Origin: Octopus sinensis
Lineage: Eukaryota
Direction: 5' to 3'
Length of the DNA: 64,000 bases
Assembly: GCF_006345805.1 (NCBI RefSeq)
Contig: NW_021832595.1
Coordinates: 45,010-109,009, forward strand
Shown: one piece after another, positions 50,201 to 59,219 of the stretch
Layout: each line of letters starts with the position of its first letter
Numbering within the stretch: the stretch's first letter is position 1
Notes under the pieces: generated by a model
What the model was told of the DNA's origin: nothing
Seen by the model: only the letters and a program-made list of their open reading frames with translations
Databases searched by the model: none
Translations under genes and position numbers: made by a program

Positions 50201-53200
50201 AGAATCAGTGTTAGTGGTATCAAGCACAGTACAAATATCAGTGGGGACAAGCAGTCCCCTTGGAAGATGCCCCTCCTAATTTCTACTGACCCTAAACTTC
50301 TTCTGTATGCTGTCAGGTCCATCCTCCAATTCGTCATACTTTCTCCAAACAATCGCTCAACATTCGATGCAATACCAAATAGGTTCATACACTCCATAAT
50401 CCAAGAATGTGGGATCATATCGTACGCCTTATGATATGGCTAAGTTACTTTTCCTCCTCTTGCAGTCTCTGAGCACAGTTTTATCTATCAGGAGTTGATC
50501 CTTGGTACCTCTGCACTTACGCTTGCAACCCTTCTGCTCATGTGGCAGGACTCCATTTTTTGCCAGATGTTCATACATTGACTCTGCGAGTATTCCAGTC
50601 AATAATTCCCACATAAGTGGCAAACAGGATATCAGCCTGTAATTGTCTACTGTATTGCCTTTTTCAATGTTTTTCAGGCACAGCACTGTCCTACCAAATG
50701 TCAACCACTCTGGTATTACTTTGTCAGCATTTGACCAAGTGTTGAGTTGCGCAACTATTCGGGCATGACATTCACCAAAACTTTTGTTCCAGTAGATTTA
50801 AACCCCATCTGGTCCCGGTGCTTTCCAGTTGCTAATTTTTTTGCTGATTTCTTTCATTTCCCTAACTGAAATGACTAGTTCTGCCTATTTTGGACAGACT
50901 ACTGTTTGTTTCAGTTCTTGCAGCCATTCAGCATCCTTCTTGCGCTCCTTGTCTTTGCTCCAGATGTCACCCGAAAACCTTTCACTTTAAATGTTATTTG
51001 GTCACGCTACAAGAAAAAGAAGATAATTTTGAACAACTGCTTCAAAATCTCCAGCTTCTATTTCAGGATTACAAATTTACATCAAGCCAAAGTATTTCAA
51101 CACAAATATTCTTCTTTTGTTTTAATTAGTTTTGAAAATAACGAAGAATAAAGTAAATTAGCTTTGTCATTATTGAGCTGGTGTTTGGACACAACATGGA
51201 ATCTTGATACCAAATTCAATTCCGTGAATAATTTTTTACAGTCACTTAAACAAGCAAATTTCATTTCTTTTATTCTGTAAGTAAAAATTCCTCCCCAAAC
51301 TACAGAATATTCAAAAGCCTGTCCATCATAGGAAGTTATTCTATGATACAATAAATGGAAATATTAATTTAAAACAATATTTGTGATAGAAACAATGAGT
51401 TAAAACATTGCATTGTAATTAGCAGAAATTAATTATTTTCTCATTGAGTAATGATAAATTATTTGCTTACTTTTAACAGAAATTTAAAGAATATTTCCAA
51501 CAAATGTCAGCAGATGGCTCAGCTGTAACATCAGGTAAATTGTTTCTTTTTTCTTATATTAAATATCATTTAGGAAGAAACTAGGGACAGTTTTTCTGAT
51601 CACCATCATCATCATCATCATCATCATCATCATTATTATTGAGTTAGAGAGGAGCACATGCCATCAAATTGACATTGGGGTACAAATATATGAAGCCCAA
51701 TAAATGGTATTAGTTTTTGATTCACCCTCGTATGTTTTTAAACATTTTGAATTTGACATGTTTTGTACTCAACAATAACAACAAATCCAAAGAACAACAC
51801 CTCTAAAATTATATTTAAAAAATAGGCAAATAAAGAAAAAAAGAGATATTTGTAGTTAAAAAAAAAGATTTTTGAGAAGAAATCAAAGAAATCATCAGCA
51901 TCGTTTAACATCTGGCATAGGTTGTGTCAGGACACAGAAAGGGTCTCAATTAAAATGCTAATAGTGAGAATAACAACAACTTCTAAATACGGACAAGTTT
52001 TGGTCTGAGAATGGGAAAAATTGTGTCACAAGTGATTTTGTTTCCTTATGAGAAAAACTTATTCAGGAGTGGTGGGCAAGGTAGAAGATAGTGTACCTCT
52101 ACCTTACAAAAAGGAAAGGGCTTTCTGCATGCCCTTAAAACAATGACTAAAAGAGGCATTAGCCAATGTATGAAACAACATTTTATTCATTGACCAGAAG
52201 AAAGCTTATGCTGCCATTTGCCTGACCTTCAAGACCAATGGTGAGACATGAGAGCAGGTAGAAAGAGGGCAAAAAACATTCACTCATGGGCCCTTAATGC
52301 ATTGCATTGTCAAATGGGACACAAAAGCGACAGCAATGACAGCATCAACAGTGACCTTGATCCCTCGTCTGTTGTCACCTTTATAGGGTTAGTAGAGAGT
52401 GCAAAGGTAACCTTACTCAGGAAGGGTCAGTATAAATTTATAAATCCTAATGGGCCATGAAAACCTCAAGTCCATTCTAAGGCCATGACCCATGATGTGT
52501 TCAGAACACAAAGCAATAATTCTACTGCTGGAAGGCTGAGCCTCATGTCACGCTTAACCGTAAAGACTACAATAATTAACTGTGACAACTTAAAACTAAT
52601 TACCCAAATGATGTGGGGTACAACATGTCACATACAACCTTAGAAATACTTGTGGGTGCCTTTGGATGCACCAAGTTTCCAGAAGAGATGTGACAAGGAG
52701 ACACAGTACAGACAAGAGAAACATATAAGGAGAATCCACCACCACCACCACCACCACCCTCACACCCCAGATTCACTCAATTGAAGTTCACAGTTCTTTG
52801 TGAAACAAAAGAAGAACTGATGGAGCCATCATGTGCACCAAAAGAAGACAAAATTAAGCATCCGCAAGTTGAATGAAGAGGAGATGGACTCTGCTCTGAT
52901 TTTGTGCAACACCCATACAAGAGAACACTAGCAAAAGAATCACATGAGCTATCCATGAACCACTAATGTGCAATTTTGTAGAGGATGTGGAATATTTCAT
53001 CCTTGGGATAATAGTAAATTTGTCCAGTTGTACCTTTGAATATATGTTTCTTTACTACCCGCAAGGGGCTAAACACAGAGAGGACAAACAAGGACAGACA
53101 AATGGTTTAAGTCGATTACATCGACCCCAGTGCGTAACTGGTACTTAATTTATCAACCCCGAAAGGATGACAGGCAAAGTTGACCTCGGCTGAATTTGAA

Positions 53201-54160
53201 CTCAGAATGTAACGGCAGACGAAATATGGCTACGCATTTCACCCAGCATGCTAACAGTTCTGCCAGAACACCACCTTATCTTTTTGTCCTGCACCTTTGA
53301 ATATAGCAGTTTGAATGAGTGGCAGAAAGTCAATATTGTTGGGATATTCTGGTTCAACTTTCTGGTTCGACTTAGCTAAGTTGATTTCCCCCTCCACATG
53401 GGTTGCTTTCCTTAAATGCTTTCCAGGTCTTTGAATTAAATTATATTTTGCTTAAATTATTGTGTTTCATATATGTTTATATATTATTCCTTGTTTATGT
53501 TGAATTGTTATTGTGTTTGTTGCATAATGTGAAAGGGCCTCTGAGTCAACTTAGCAAAGACCAAAGTAGGCAAACAGACAGGACTGTAGTCGCTTCAATA
53601 TATAGAAAAGGTGTATGTAGAAATTCCATACAGTGTACCTAGAGGTAGCAGATTGCTTCTGCTCTTTAGGTAGATTAATTAGCAGTGGAGGTGGATGTAC
53701 TGAAAGTATAGTTGCTAGAAAAAAAACCAGCTTGAGAATGTTCAGAGACCTTCTACTTCTGTTAGTAACAAAAGTCTGCACATATTTTATACCTGCTTAG
53801 TGCTACCAGTTATCCTTCTCTTGAAACCACTTCATTTGACATCCATTCATCATTCTCAACAGCATCACTTCTGACATTATTTTCCACTGCATCAATATTT
53901 CTTGCACTTTCCATTGTGTTGTTGCCTTTATTGAACTCATAAAGCAAAATATGGCGAATATGCTCCTTTGCCTCTGTCATTATAGCTTTGAAAAAATAAC
54001 TGTTAAAATCGAACTGCACTCTTCAAAACTTGCACTAAGAATAAGTAAAAGGTAAAATTACTACCTGCTTTGATAGCAAGTTAATGCAGGTAGTTTATCC
54101 CATACCCCTCTAACTTTGGTTCATGCAAATGAAAGAAATCACATTACTTATGGGATGATC

Positions 54161-54192
<32 letters not shown>

Positions 54193-57072
54193 CATCATCG
54201 TTTAACGTCCGTTTTCCACGCTAGCATGGGTTGGACGGTTCGACTGGGTTCTGGCAAGCCAGGAGGCTGCACCAGGCCTCAATCTGATCTGGCAGTGTTT
54301 CTTCAGCTCGATGCCCTTCCTAACACCAACCACTCCGAGAGTGTAGTAAGTGCTTTTTACATGCCACCACCACAGGGGCCTGAGGAGCTGGCATTGACCA
54401 TGTTCAGATGGTGCTTTTTATGTGCCACTGGCATGGGAGCCAGTCAAGGTGGCACTAGCATTGGCCATGTTTAGATGGTGCTTTTTACATGCCACCATGG
54501 GGATACATACATACATATATATATATTTCGTTCTTGGATTTCGCTTTCGGATTATAAGGCACATACCCAGACACAACAGTATATATATATATACATATAT
54601 ATAAACCATAAAAAATCAGAAGGCATGAGAAGTGAATATATATTTAATTACTTGTCAACCTTTTGGGGTGTATTTATAATTTCAGTGCATAATGAATTAT
54701 TTGTACATGTCTGAACTAAAATGCATGTTAGGTATTATACAATACGATTGTACGAGTTCTGATCAATAAGTATCCGGACTGGGGCTATAAAAACAAAACT
54801 GCAATACATACCAATTTGGCATTTAATCTTCTTCAAAATAATCCCCTTCAGAAGTCACACACTTAATCCAGCACTGTTTCCAGTGATGGATGCATTCCTG
54901 GAACTCGTTTTCTGGGATAATCAGTAGCAGCCTTCTTGCATTCACTTTGATTTCTTTGACATCCTGAAACCTTCCTTTCAAATGATTTTTGGTAAGAGGA
55001 AAAAGTCAGAAGGGGCGAGATCTGGGAAATACCGTGGCTGCCAGACCTTGAGAATCCTGTGCCTAGCCAAAAACTGTTGCACAAACTGCACTGAATGGGC
55101 AGGTGCATTGTCATGGTGCAATTACCACTCACCAGATGCATCCAACTGTGGCCTTTTCCAATGAATAGCATCTGGCAAATGCTACAAAATGTCACAGAAG
55201 TACTCCTTGTTTACTGTCTGACCAGATGGAGCATACTCATGATGAACAAATCGCCTTGTAGTCAAAGGAAACGGTCAACAGTGTCTTCACATTGCTTCAA
55301 GTCATGCTTTCTTTGGTCTCAGAGAGGTTGAGGGTCTTCTTCTGCAAAGACAGAGCCTTTGTTTCAAGGTCATAGCCATAAACTCACGAGTTATCACTTG
55401 TTATGACTGTTTTCAAAAAGTTTTCATCGTTCTCAAGACAATCAAGGAGAACTTGTGCAACTGAAACCCAATGATGCATTTTACATGCCACCAGAACGGG
55501 AGCCAGTTAAGGGGCACTGGCCACAGCTATGATTTTGGTTTTACTTGACTCAACAGGTTTTCTTGAGCATATCATATCGCCCGACACATCAAAGGTACTC
55601 TTAAATGGGCCAGGCATGCAACATTGGCATTGGCCATGGCTGTGATCTCACTTTAGTTGTCAGGTCTTCTCAATCACAGCATATCTCCAAAGGTCTCGGT
55701 TTCCTGTCATTGCCTCTGTGAGGCCCAATGTTTGAAGGTCATGCTTCACCACCTCATCTCATGTCCTCCTGGGTCTACCTCTTCTACAGGTTCCTTACAC
55801 AGTTAGGGTGTGGCACTTCCTCATGCAGTTGTCCTCATCCATACGTAACACATGACTGTGCCAACATAGACACCTCTCTTGCACACTACATTTGATGCTT
55901 CTTTTCTCTCAGGGTGCTCACACTCTGTTGTGTATGGACACTGACATTATACATCCAGCGGATCATACTAACCCCGTCTCTTTCAAGCCTACACATGTTT
56001 TCAGCAGTCATGGCTCTTGTGGTAGAGGTAGACCCAAGAAGACAGGAGACAAGGGCATGACCTTTACTGTCAGCATGTAAAATCACGTTCTGAGTGTTGG
56101 GCCTCAATGCAGCAATGACAAATGACTGAGGCCCTTGACCATATGCCATACTTGAGAAGACCCATCATGCTGAGTGAAATCATAGTCATGGCAGATACTG
56201 GTGTCACACAAATGGCACCCATGCCAGTGGTATGTAAAAGCACCCATTACACTCCCAGAGTGGTTGGCGTTAAGAAGGGCATCCAGCTATAGAAAAATCA
56301 GAATGGACTCTGTTACAGCCCCTCAGCTTATCTGCCCTGGTCAAGCTATCCAATCTATACCAGCATGGACAATGGACTTTAAATGACAATGATGATGATA
56401 AGGATGACGATGATGATGATGATGACGATGATGATGATGACAACTATGATGATGATGACAACGATGATGACGATGATGACGACAATGATGATGATGATGA
56501 TGATGATGATGAATTAGAGAGATTTGAAATTTGAATACAAACAAAGAAGAAATAATTTTAACAACACTCGATATCATTCACTATGCAGAGTCCCAGGATG
56601 GTAGCAGTGGTCTGAAATAGTCATATTGTAAATATGTACATATGTACTAGATGGTGATGTATAGCAATAATTAAAGAGCAGTTGATATCACTCCCCACAG
56701 GGATAAGATGATAGTCTTTTTCAGGTTAACTTCATTATCTCAGGAATTGACACCTCTTCGCTAAACAGAAAAGCAAAGAACACTAGAATTAATATTGAAT
56801 GTTGAAGTGTCAACACAAGAAGTCTTCTGCTGATTGCTTGGTTATTTTTCTTTGACAAAATGAATATTTCTTTTATTTCAGATGATGAAGATGACGAAGA
56901 TGAAGAAATAGAAGATAATGTCTCTACTGGTCAACACGATGATGGTGTCACCTTGAAATTCTTTGCTAAATACCAAAATCTTGACAATGCTATAGAAACT
57001 GTTAAAAAAGAATACCTTTCTCTGTTGACCACTGAGGAAATACCATTTGATACAAATTTAACAGAATCTCGA
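498..57072 (+). CDS. PARP14: PARP14-like macro-PARP, internal part; 12 exons (498-2029, 6388-6636, 17054-17233, 22810-22946, 23227-23453, 24064-24291, 40266-40293, 45085-45221, 45503-45730, 47157-47378, 51480-51534, 56882-57072); gene continues beyond both ends
   Basis: All exons have AG/GT splice sites with mutually compatible phases. Joined frame gives three macrodomains ([25 protein letters not shown]...IIHAVGPVW...IPAISTGIFG; twice VDVIVNSTN...[12 protein letters not shown]...AFPILGAG) preceded by a long KH-like region and followed by an acidic linker, i.e. the PARP14/9/15 layout. WWE and ART domains are not in the window, so PARP14-like is a family call, not proven orthology. Confidence 0.88.
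2075..2230 (+). mobile_element. tRNA-derived SINE ending in (TA)n
   Basis: gtggttgagagg...caagttcaatcc (A/B-box-like), then ttggacaagtgtcttct...gccaaagccttgggagtgg; similar copies at 7330-7510 and 17370-17520. Confidence 0.65.
4815..5037 (+). mobile_element. tRNA-derived SINE with Meta-domain-like core
   Basis: gagttcaaattcc B-box followed by gcctttcatcctttcggggtcgattaaataagtaccag, resembling the MetaSINE central domain; minus-strand copies at 27420-27640 and 53048-53277. Confidence 0.7.
5380..6300 (-). mobile_element. RTE LINE 3' ORF2 remnant
   Basis: Degenerate [29 protein letters not shown] and MCNVSV motifs shared with other RTE copies. Confidence 0.75.
6388..6636 (+). CDS. PARP14: Exon B: macrodomain 1 core
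   Basis: tttgcag acceptor; [45 protein letters not shown]...[10 protein letters not shown]; donor gtaaga; phase 1-1. Confidence 0.95.
7550..8020 (+). repeat. Unclassified ~320-bp repeat unit, about 1.5 tandem copies
   Basis: aatatgagt..ttttatgc..gaggt motif at ~7572 and ~7891; acacaacatccacatttagttggata shared with the minus-strand copy at 31390-31720. Confidence 0.55.
8134..8314. repeat. Long inverted repeat (~83-bp arms, 15-nt loop)
   Basis: 8134-8216 agagatacctgaagaataggatatctgactcgctagaaagagcagttaaaaacaccaagccaccaattgttgtaattcccaaa is the near-perfect reverse complement of 8232-8314 (few mismatches). Confidence 0.9.
8480..9650. repeat. Extremely AT-rich segment, possibly a Penelope-related non-autonomous element
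   Basis: Very low GC, flanked by (TA)n; contains a hammerhead-like motif on the minus strand at 8892-8988. Confidence 0.4.
8892..8988 (-). ncRNA. Hammerhead-ribozyme-like motif (decayed, long helix II)
   Basis: Minus strand CTGAAGA-t-TGACTGTaACCA...TGGTACAGCCA-t-GAAA-CGATCG-TA with palindromic ACGATCGT helix III; helix I weak and helix II base is U-U. Confidence 0.4.
12799..13017. mobile_element. hAT-family MITE (219 bp) nested in the Helitron
   Basis: TIRs CAGTGCTTTTCAAAC / GCTGAAAACCACTG; perfect 8-bp TSD ACCTACAT at 12791-12798 and 13018-13025. Confidence 0.92.
13738..16668 (+). repeat. 69-bp tandem array, ~40 near-identical units plus a few degenerate 5' units, encoding [23 protein letters not shown] (STPR-like 23-aa repeat)
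   Basis: Unit atgagactttctgaagatcagcaaaggcattctgctggacatcagatggagtctcaagacagaaaggag; three AAA>AA deletions at 14217, 14837 and 16354 split the ORF. Confidence 0.95.
17054..17233 (+). CDS. PARP14: Exon C: macrodomain 1 C-terminal part
   Basis: ttacag acceptor; (G)[59 protein letters not shown]; donor gtagga; completes the AISTGIFG motif. Confidence 0.93.
18040..20630 (+). mobile_element. Two adjacent degenerate RTE LINE RT/C-terminal fragments plus 3' UTR
   Basis: [48 protein letters not shown] (YADD-like), [19 protein letters not shown]; 18040-18790 repeats part of 19100-19800. Confidence 0.88.
22810..22946 (+). CDS. PARP14: Exon D: linker plus first strand of macrodomain 2
   Basis: ttttcag acceptor, gtgagt donor, open frame [46 protein letters not shown]; 137 bp, phase 1-0; paralogous to 45085-45221. 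Confidence 0.88.
23227..23453 (+). CDS. PARP14: Exon E: macrodomain 2 core; one -1 frameshift as assembled
   Basis: ttgtag acceptor, gtaagt donor; [20 protein letters not shown](K)[14 protein letters not shown]...FHLALPPWG; AA at 23287-23288 where the paralog 45503-45730 has AAA. Confidence 0.9.
24064..24291 (+). CDS. PARP14: Exon F: macrodomain 2 C-terminal half
   Basis: tttttag acceptor; [37 protein letters not shown]...[12 protein letters not shown]; donor gttggt; 228 bp, phase 0-0. Confidence 0.93.
26320..26800 (+). repeat. Unclassified interspersed repeat (~500 bp)
   Basis: gagagcagcgcaagccatcaaagtgacactgg...aggtccctgaataa...gagcagaatatttgctg; second copy 57370-57905, partial copy 51640-51700. 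Confidence 0.8.
26890..28660 (-). mobile_element. R4/Dong-like LINE 3' fragment (CCHC knuckle + restriction-like endonuclease), interrupted by a SINE
   Basis: AQEQALRTN...[26 protein letters not shown]...[22 protein letters not shown]; adjacent to a (TAA)n tract. Confidence 0.85.
28660..28910 (+). mobile_element. tRNA-head/hammerhead short element, copy 1 (5' truncated, decayed)
   Basis: gagtttgattccaagcagtgacctgaacaacaa...CTGATGA (28784-28790)...GAAA (28813-28816)...aaatatagaactg; homologous to 46495-47058. Confidence 0.8.
29120..29520 (-). mobile_element. tRNA-derived SINE
   Basis: Minus strand starts gtggaggtgcaatggcccagtggttagg...ggttttgattcc (A and B boxes); ends in an (AAAC)n tail. 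Confidence 0.7.
29600..30041 (-). mobile_element. Helitron-like 5' end fragment
   Basis: Minus strand A|TCTCTATATATATAAATGGCAAAATGTCTGTGTGTG; no CTAG 3' end found. Confidence 0.4.
30420..30995. repeat. 15-bp minisatellite (ccaacaccacaacca)n derived from CCA/CAA triplets
   Basis: Directly visible; the minus strand reads (GGCGV)n. Confidence 0.9.
31700..31975. repeat. 29-bp minisatellite (taattaatagccagaaggtttattaaaga)n
   Basis: About 9 units; further arrays at 36450-36525 and 37450-37930; single units at 37310-37335 and 39545-39580. Confidence 0.9.
32000..35090 (-). mobile_element. RTE LINE, largest copy in the window (APE + RT + PHD-like finger + C-terminus), degenerate
   Basis: APE: [36 protein letters not shown]-like; RT: [30 protein letters not shown]; frameshifts and stops; small SINE tail inserted near 32960-33030. 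Confidence 0.92.
37935..38230 (+). mobile_element. Helitron-like 5' end fragment
   Basis: A|TCTACTACATATGTGGAAATCTGTGGGTGTGTTTGTTTG...atcgattttgatgaaacttgacac, typical of non-autonomous Helitron 5' ends; 3' end not identified. Confidence 0.45.
38586..39293. mobile_element. piggyBac-type non-autonomous element (708 bp)
   Basis: TTAA|CCCCTTACCC ... GGGTAAGGGG|TTAA with TTAA TSD at 38582-38585 and 39294-39297. Confidence 0.9.
40266..40293 (+). CDS. PARP14: Exon G: 28-bp micro-exon ending macrodomain 2 (EFDEYLRNR)
   Basis: Strong pyrimidine tract plus aacag acceptor, gtaaaa donor; supplies the required phase 0 to 1 link between exon F and exon D'; resembles KFKEYF of exon G'. Confidence 0.7.
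40540..41450 (-). mobile_element. R4/Dong-like LINE 3' fragment
   Basis: [20 protein letters not shown]...[15 protein letters not shown]...[10 protein letters not shown]. Confidence 0.82.
42690..43175 (+). mobile_element. CR1/L2-clade LINE 3' end
   Basis: [34 protein letters not shown], 3' UTR ending in (ATT)n; homologous to 62270-62717. Confidence 0.85.
45085..45221 (+). CDS. PARP14: Exon D': linker plus first strand of macrodomain 3
   Basis: ttccag acceptor, gtgagt donor; [46 protein letters not shown]; same length as exon D. Confidence 0.88.
45503..45730 (+). CDS. PARP14: Exon E': macrodomain 3 core
   Basis: ttgtag acceptor, gtaagt donor; [42 protein letters not shown]...[15 protein letters not shown]; intact 228 bp. 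Confidence 0.93.
46495..46730 (-). mobile_element. tRNA-head/hammerhead short element, copy 2 (inverted, head truncated)
   Basis: Reverse complement of the adjacent copy 3; best-preserved hammerhead core. Confidence 0.85.
46533..46578 (-). ncRNA. Minimal type-I hammerhead ribozyme motif (Penelope-type)
   Basis: Minus strand gACAC-CTGATGA-A-GGCcG-gagggtatat-CaGCC-GAAA-C-GTT/GTGTt: helix I ACAC/GUGU, core CUGAUGA and GAAA, helix II GGC(T)G/CAGCC, palindromic ACGU helix III, putative GUU cleavage site. Confidence 0.65.
46732..47058 (+). mobile_element. tRNA-head/hammerhead short element, copy 3 (full head)
   Basis: A-box TGGCATAGTGG 46739-46749, B-box AGTTCGATTCC 46783-46793, (AAC/AAT)n spacer, hammerhead remnant CTAATGA 46941-46947 ... 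GAAA 46969-46972. Confidence 0.85.
47157..47378 (+). CDS. PARP14: Exon F': macrodomain 3 C-terminal half
   Basis: tttcag acceptor; [37 protein letters not shown]...[12 protein letters not shown]; donor gttggt. Confidence 0.93.
47600..49030 (-). mobile_element. RTE LINE RT-to-3' fragment, degenerate
   Basis: [44 protein letters not shown]. Confidence 0.85.
49070..50990 (-). mobile_element. R4/Dong-like LINE RT to CCHC fragment
   Basis: [52 protein letters not shown]...[18 protein letters not shown]. Confidence 0.9.
51480..51534 (+). CDS. PARP14: Exon G': end of macrodomain 3 ([18 protein letters not shown])
   Basis: ttttaacag acceptor, CAG/gtaaat donor; phase 0-1 links F' to H. Confidence 0.78.
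53790..54165 (-). mobile_element. Mariner transposon 5' remnant
   Basis: [29 protein letters not shown] matches the mariner transposase N-terminal HTH; TA plus TIR-like end near 54165. Confidence 0.75.
54753..55470 (-). mobile_element. Mariner transposase C-terminal remnant with TIR
   Basis: Minus strand [19 protein letters not shown]...[15 protein letters not shown] and [14 protein letters not shown]-like end; TA|CGAGTTCTGATCAATAAGTATCCGGAC terminus. Confidence 0.85.
56882..57072 (+). CDS. PARP14: Exon H: acidic linker and start of post-macro region
   Basis: ttttatttcag acceptor; (D)[48 protein letters not shown]...ESR; donor gtaagt; phase matches G'. Confidence 0.8.
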
Positions 57073-57989
57073 GTAAGTTATCCACAATATTACAGAGTTT
57101 TTATTTATTCGCTTGTTTATTTATTATTGTCATCATTTTCTGATTGAATTGCATTTTATTTTCAATTTCCGACCAGGTTTCAACTAGAGACCTAAGTTAC
57201 ATAATGGAGGGAAAAAACTGAGAATGTGGGCAGTTGATGCCAACACAGTGTTTTGGGTCCCATAGATTGTTGGTTTCCCAGCATGGACAGAAACCACATG
57301 TTGAGCAAAAGAGTAAAAGCTTGCTTGATCTCGTTTTTCAGTATGAATGTATTATTATTATTATTACTATTATTAAGTGAAAGAGCAGTGCATGCCATCA
57401 AAGTGATACTGGGGTAAAATATATGAAGCCCAGTATACCCATCATGACTGATAAGAGTACAACAGGCACATGCATCACAACTGTATGTGCATAACATGGT
57501 GACCTTATATCAAGATAAACAGCACATGACTTGCAGGTGGGGCCCAGTTAGAATTTTCTTCAGGTCGACTAGCCCATCCGGCTCAAAAGGTCCCTGAATA
57601 AGGGTTGTTTAAGGATGTAAAACGAAACACCCATATTTCCAAAAGTGAATTATTCAAACCCCAAAGAATTCCTCTCAACACATGGCTATGATGCTCCCCC
57701 ACTAATTCAGCTCGTGATCAGAGATGCACATATCGTCACCCACTAAAGGACATGCTCAACTGGTTACGGTCAAACAATTTACAAGCAAATCTGTGATAGT
57801 GAGCAGAATATTTGCTGTTGCCCATCTTTTATATCAAGACAAAACATGCACAGGATAACACTTCATTCAGTTAAGACCACAAGCCATGAAAGTTACTGCC
57901 TATTATTTATTATTATTTTTTGTTTTTCTTTCAAGTTTGTTTCTACTTCTTGTTGGGTGTCTTCATGACACCTAGAGCAAAAAACTCAC

Positions 57990-59155
57990 TGTGTACATAG
58001 ATAAGCAAGAGGACATGAGTAAGCTTGCAAGGAATGAAACCAGTATGTTCCACTGGATGTGTAATGTCAGTGTGCATACACAACAGAGTGTAAGCACCCT
58101 GGGAGAAAAGATGGATTTAAGAAGCACCAGATGTGGTGAGCAAGAGAGACGACTGTGCTGGTATGGTCATGTGTTGCAAATGAATGAGGACAGCTGTGTG
58201 AAAAAGTGTTACACCCTAGCAGTTGAGGGAACCTGTGGAAGAGGTAGACTCAGGAAATCCTGGAATGAGCTGGTGAGGCACAACCTTCGAACATTGGGCC
58301 TTACTGAGGCAATGACTAGTGACCGTGACTTTTGGAGACATACTGTTCTTGAGAAGATCCGGCAAGCCAAGTGAGACCATACCATACCCCATGGCCTATG
58401 CCAGTGGGTGTAACCAGTCCATTTATGAATACCCCTCATTCATTGGACAATAAACCTTGCTTGTGAAGACCTATTGAGGTGAGTGAAATCAAAATCAAAA
58501 TTGCTGACATGTCCAACGACAGTACCACCTAATTGGCACTCATGCCAGTGGAATGTTAAAAGCACATCCGAGTGTGGGATGTAACTGGGCCACTCATGAG
58601 TACCCCTCATTCCTTGGACAATGAACTTTGCTTGTGAAGACCTATTGAGGTAAATGAAAACAAATCAAAATCACTGACGTGGTTGAGGACAGTACCGACT
58701 GATTAGCACTGGTGCCAGTGGAACATTGAAAGCACATCTGAGCGTGATCGTTGCCACGACCACGGATTGGCTCCCATGCCAGTGAAAAGCACCATTCAAG
58801 CATGATCATTGCCAGTATCGCCTTAACGGCACATGTGCTGGTAGCACATGAAAACCAACATTTGAGCGTGGCCATTGTCAGTGCTTCTGGACTGGTTCCC
58901 ATGCAGGAAGCACATAAAAACACCTTTTGAGCATGAGCGTGGTCGTTGCCAGAACCACCTAACTGGCCTTCGTGCCGGTGGCACATAAAAAGCACCCACT
59001 ATACTCTCGGTGTGGTTGGCATTAGGAAGGGCATCCAGCTATAGAAACTTTGCCAGACCAGATTGAGCCTGGTGCAGCCTCTAGCTCACCAGTCCTCATT
59101 CAAACCATCCAACCCATGCCATCATGGAAAGCAGATGTTAAATGACAATGATGAT
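57990..59155 (+). mobile_element. RTE LINE C-terminal fragment with subrepeated 3' UTR
   Basis: [17 protein letters not shown]...GTCGRGRLRKSW, followed by the shared tail and (GAT)n. Confidence 0.8.
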
Positions 59156-59219
59156 GACACCAGCTTGTTCATTTACAAAATCAAATGAATTTTTGTAGAA
59201 AGCAAAATTTGTAATTCAA

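Noticed and set aside
50990-51351. Possible Tc1 transposase fragment (VWGGIF motif, minus strand)
   Set aside because: Only one short motif; no DD34E spacing or TIR could be confirmed by eye.
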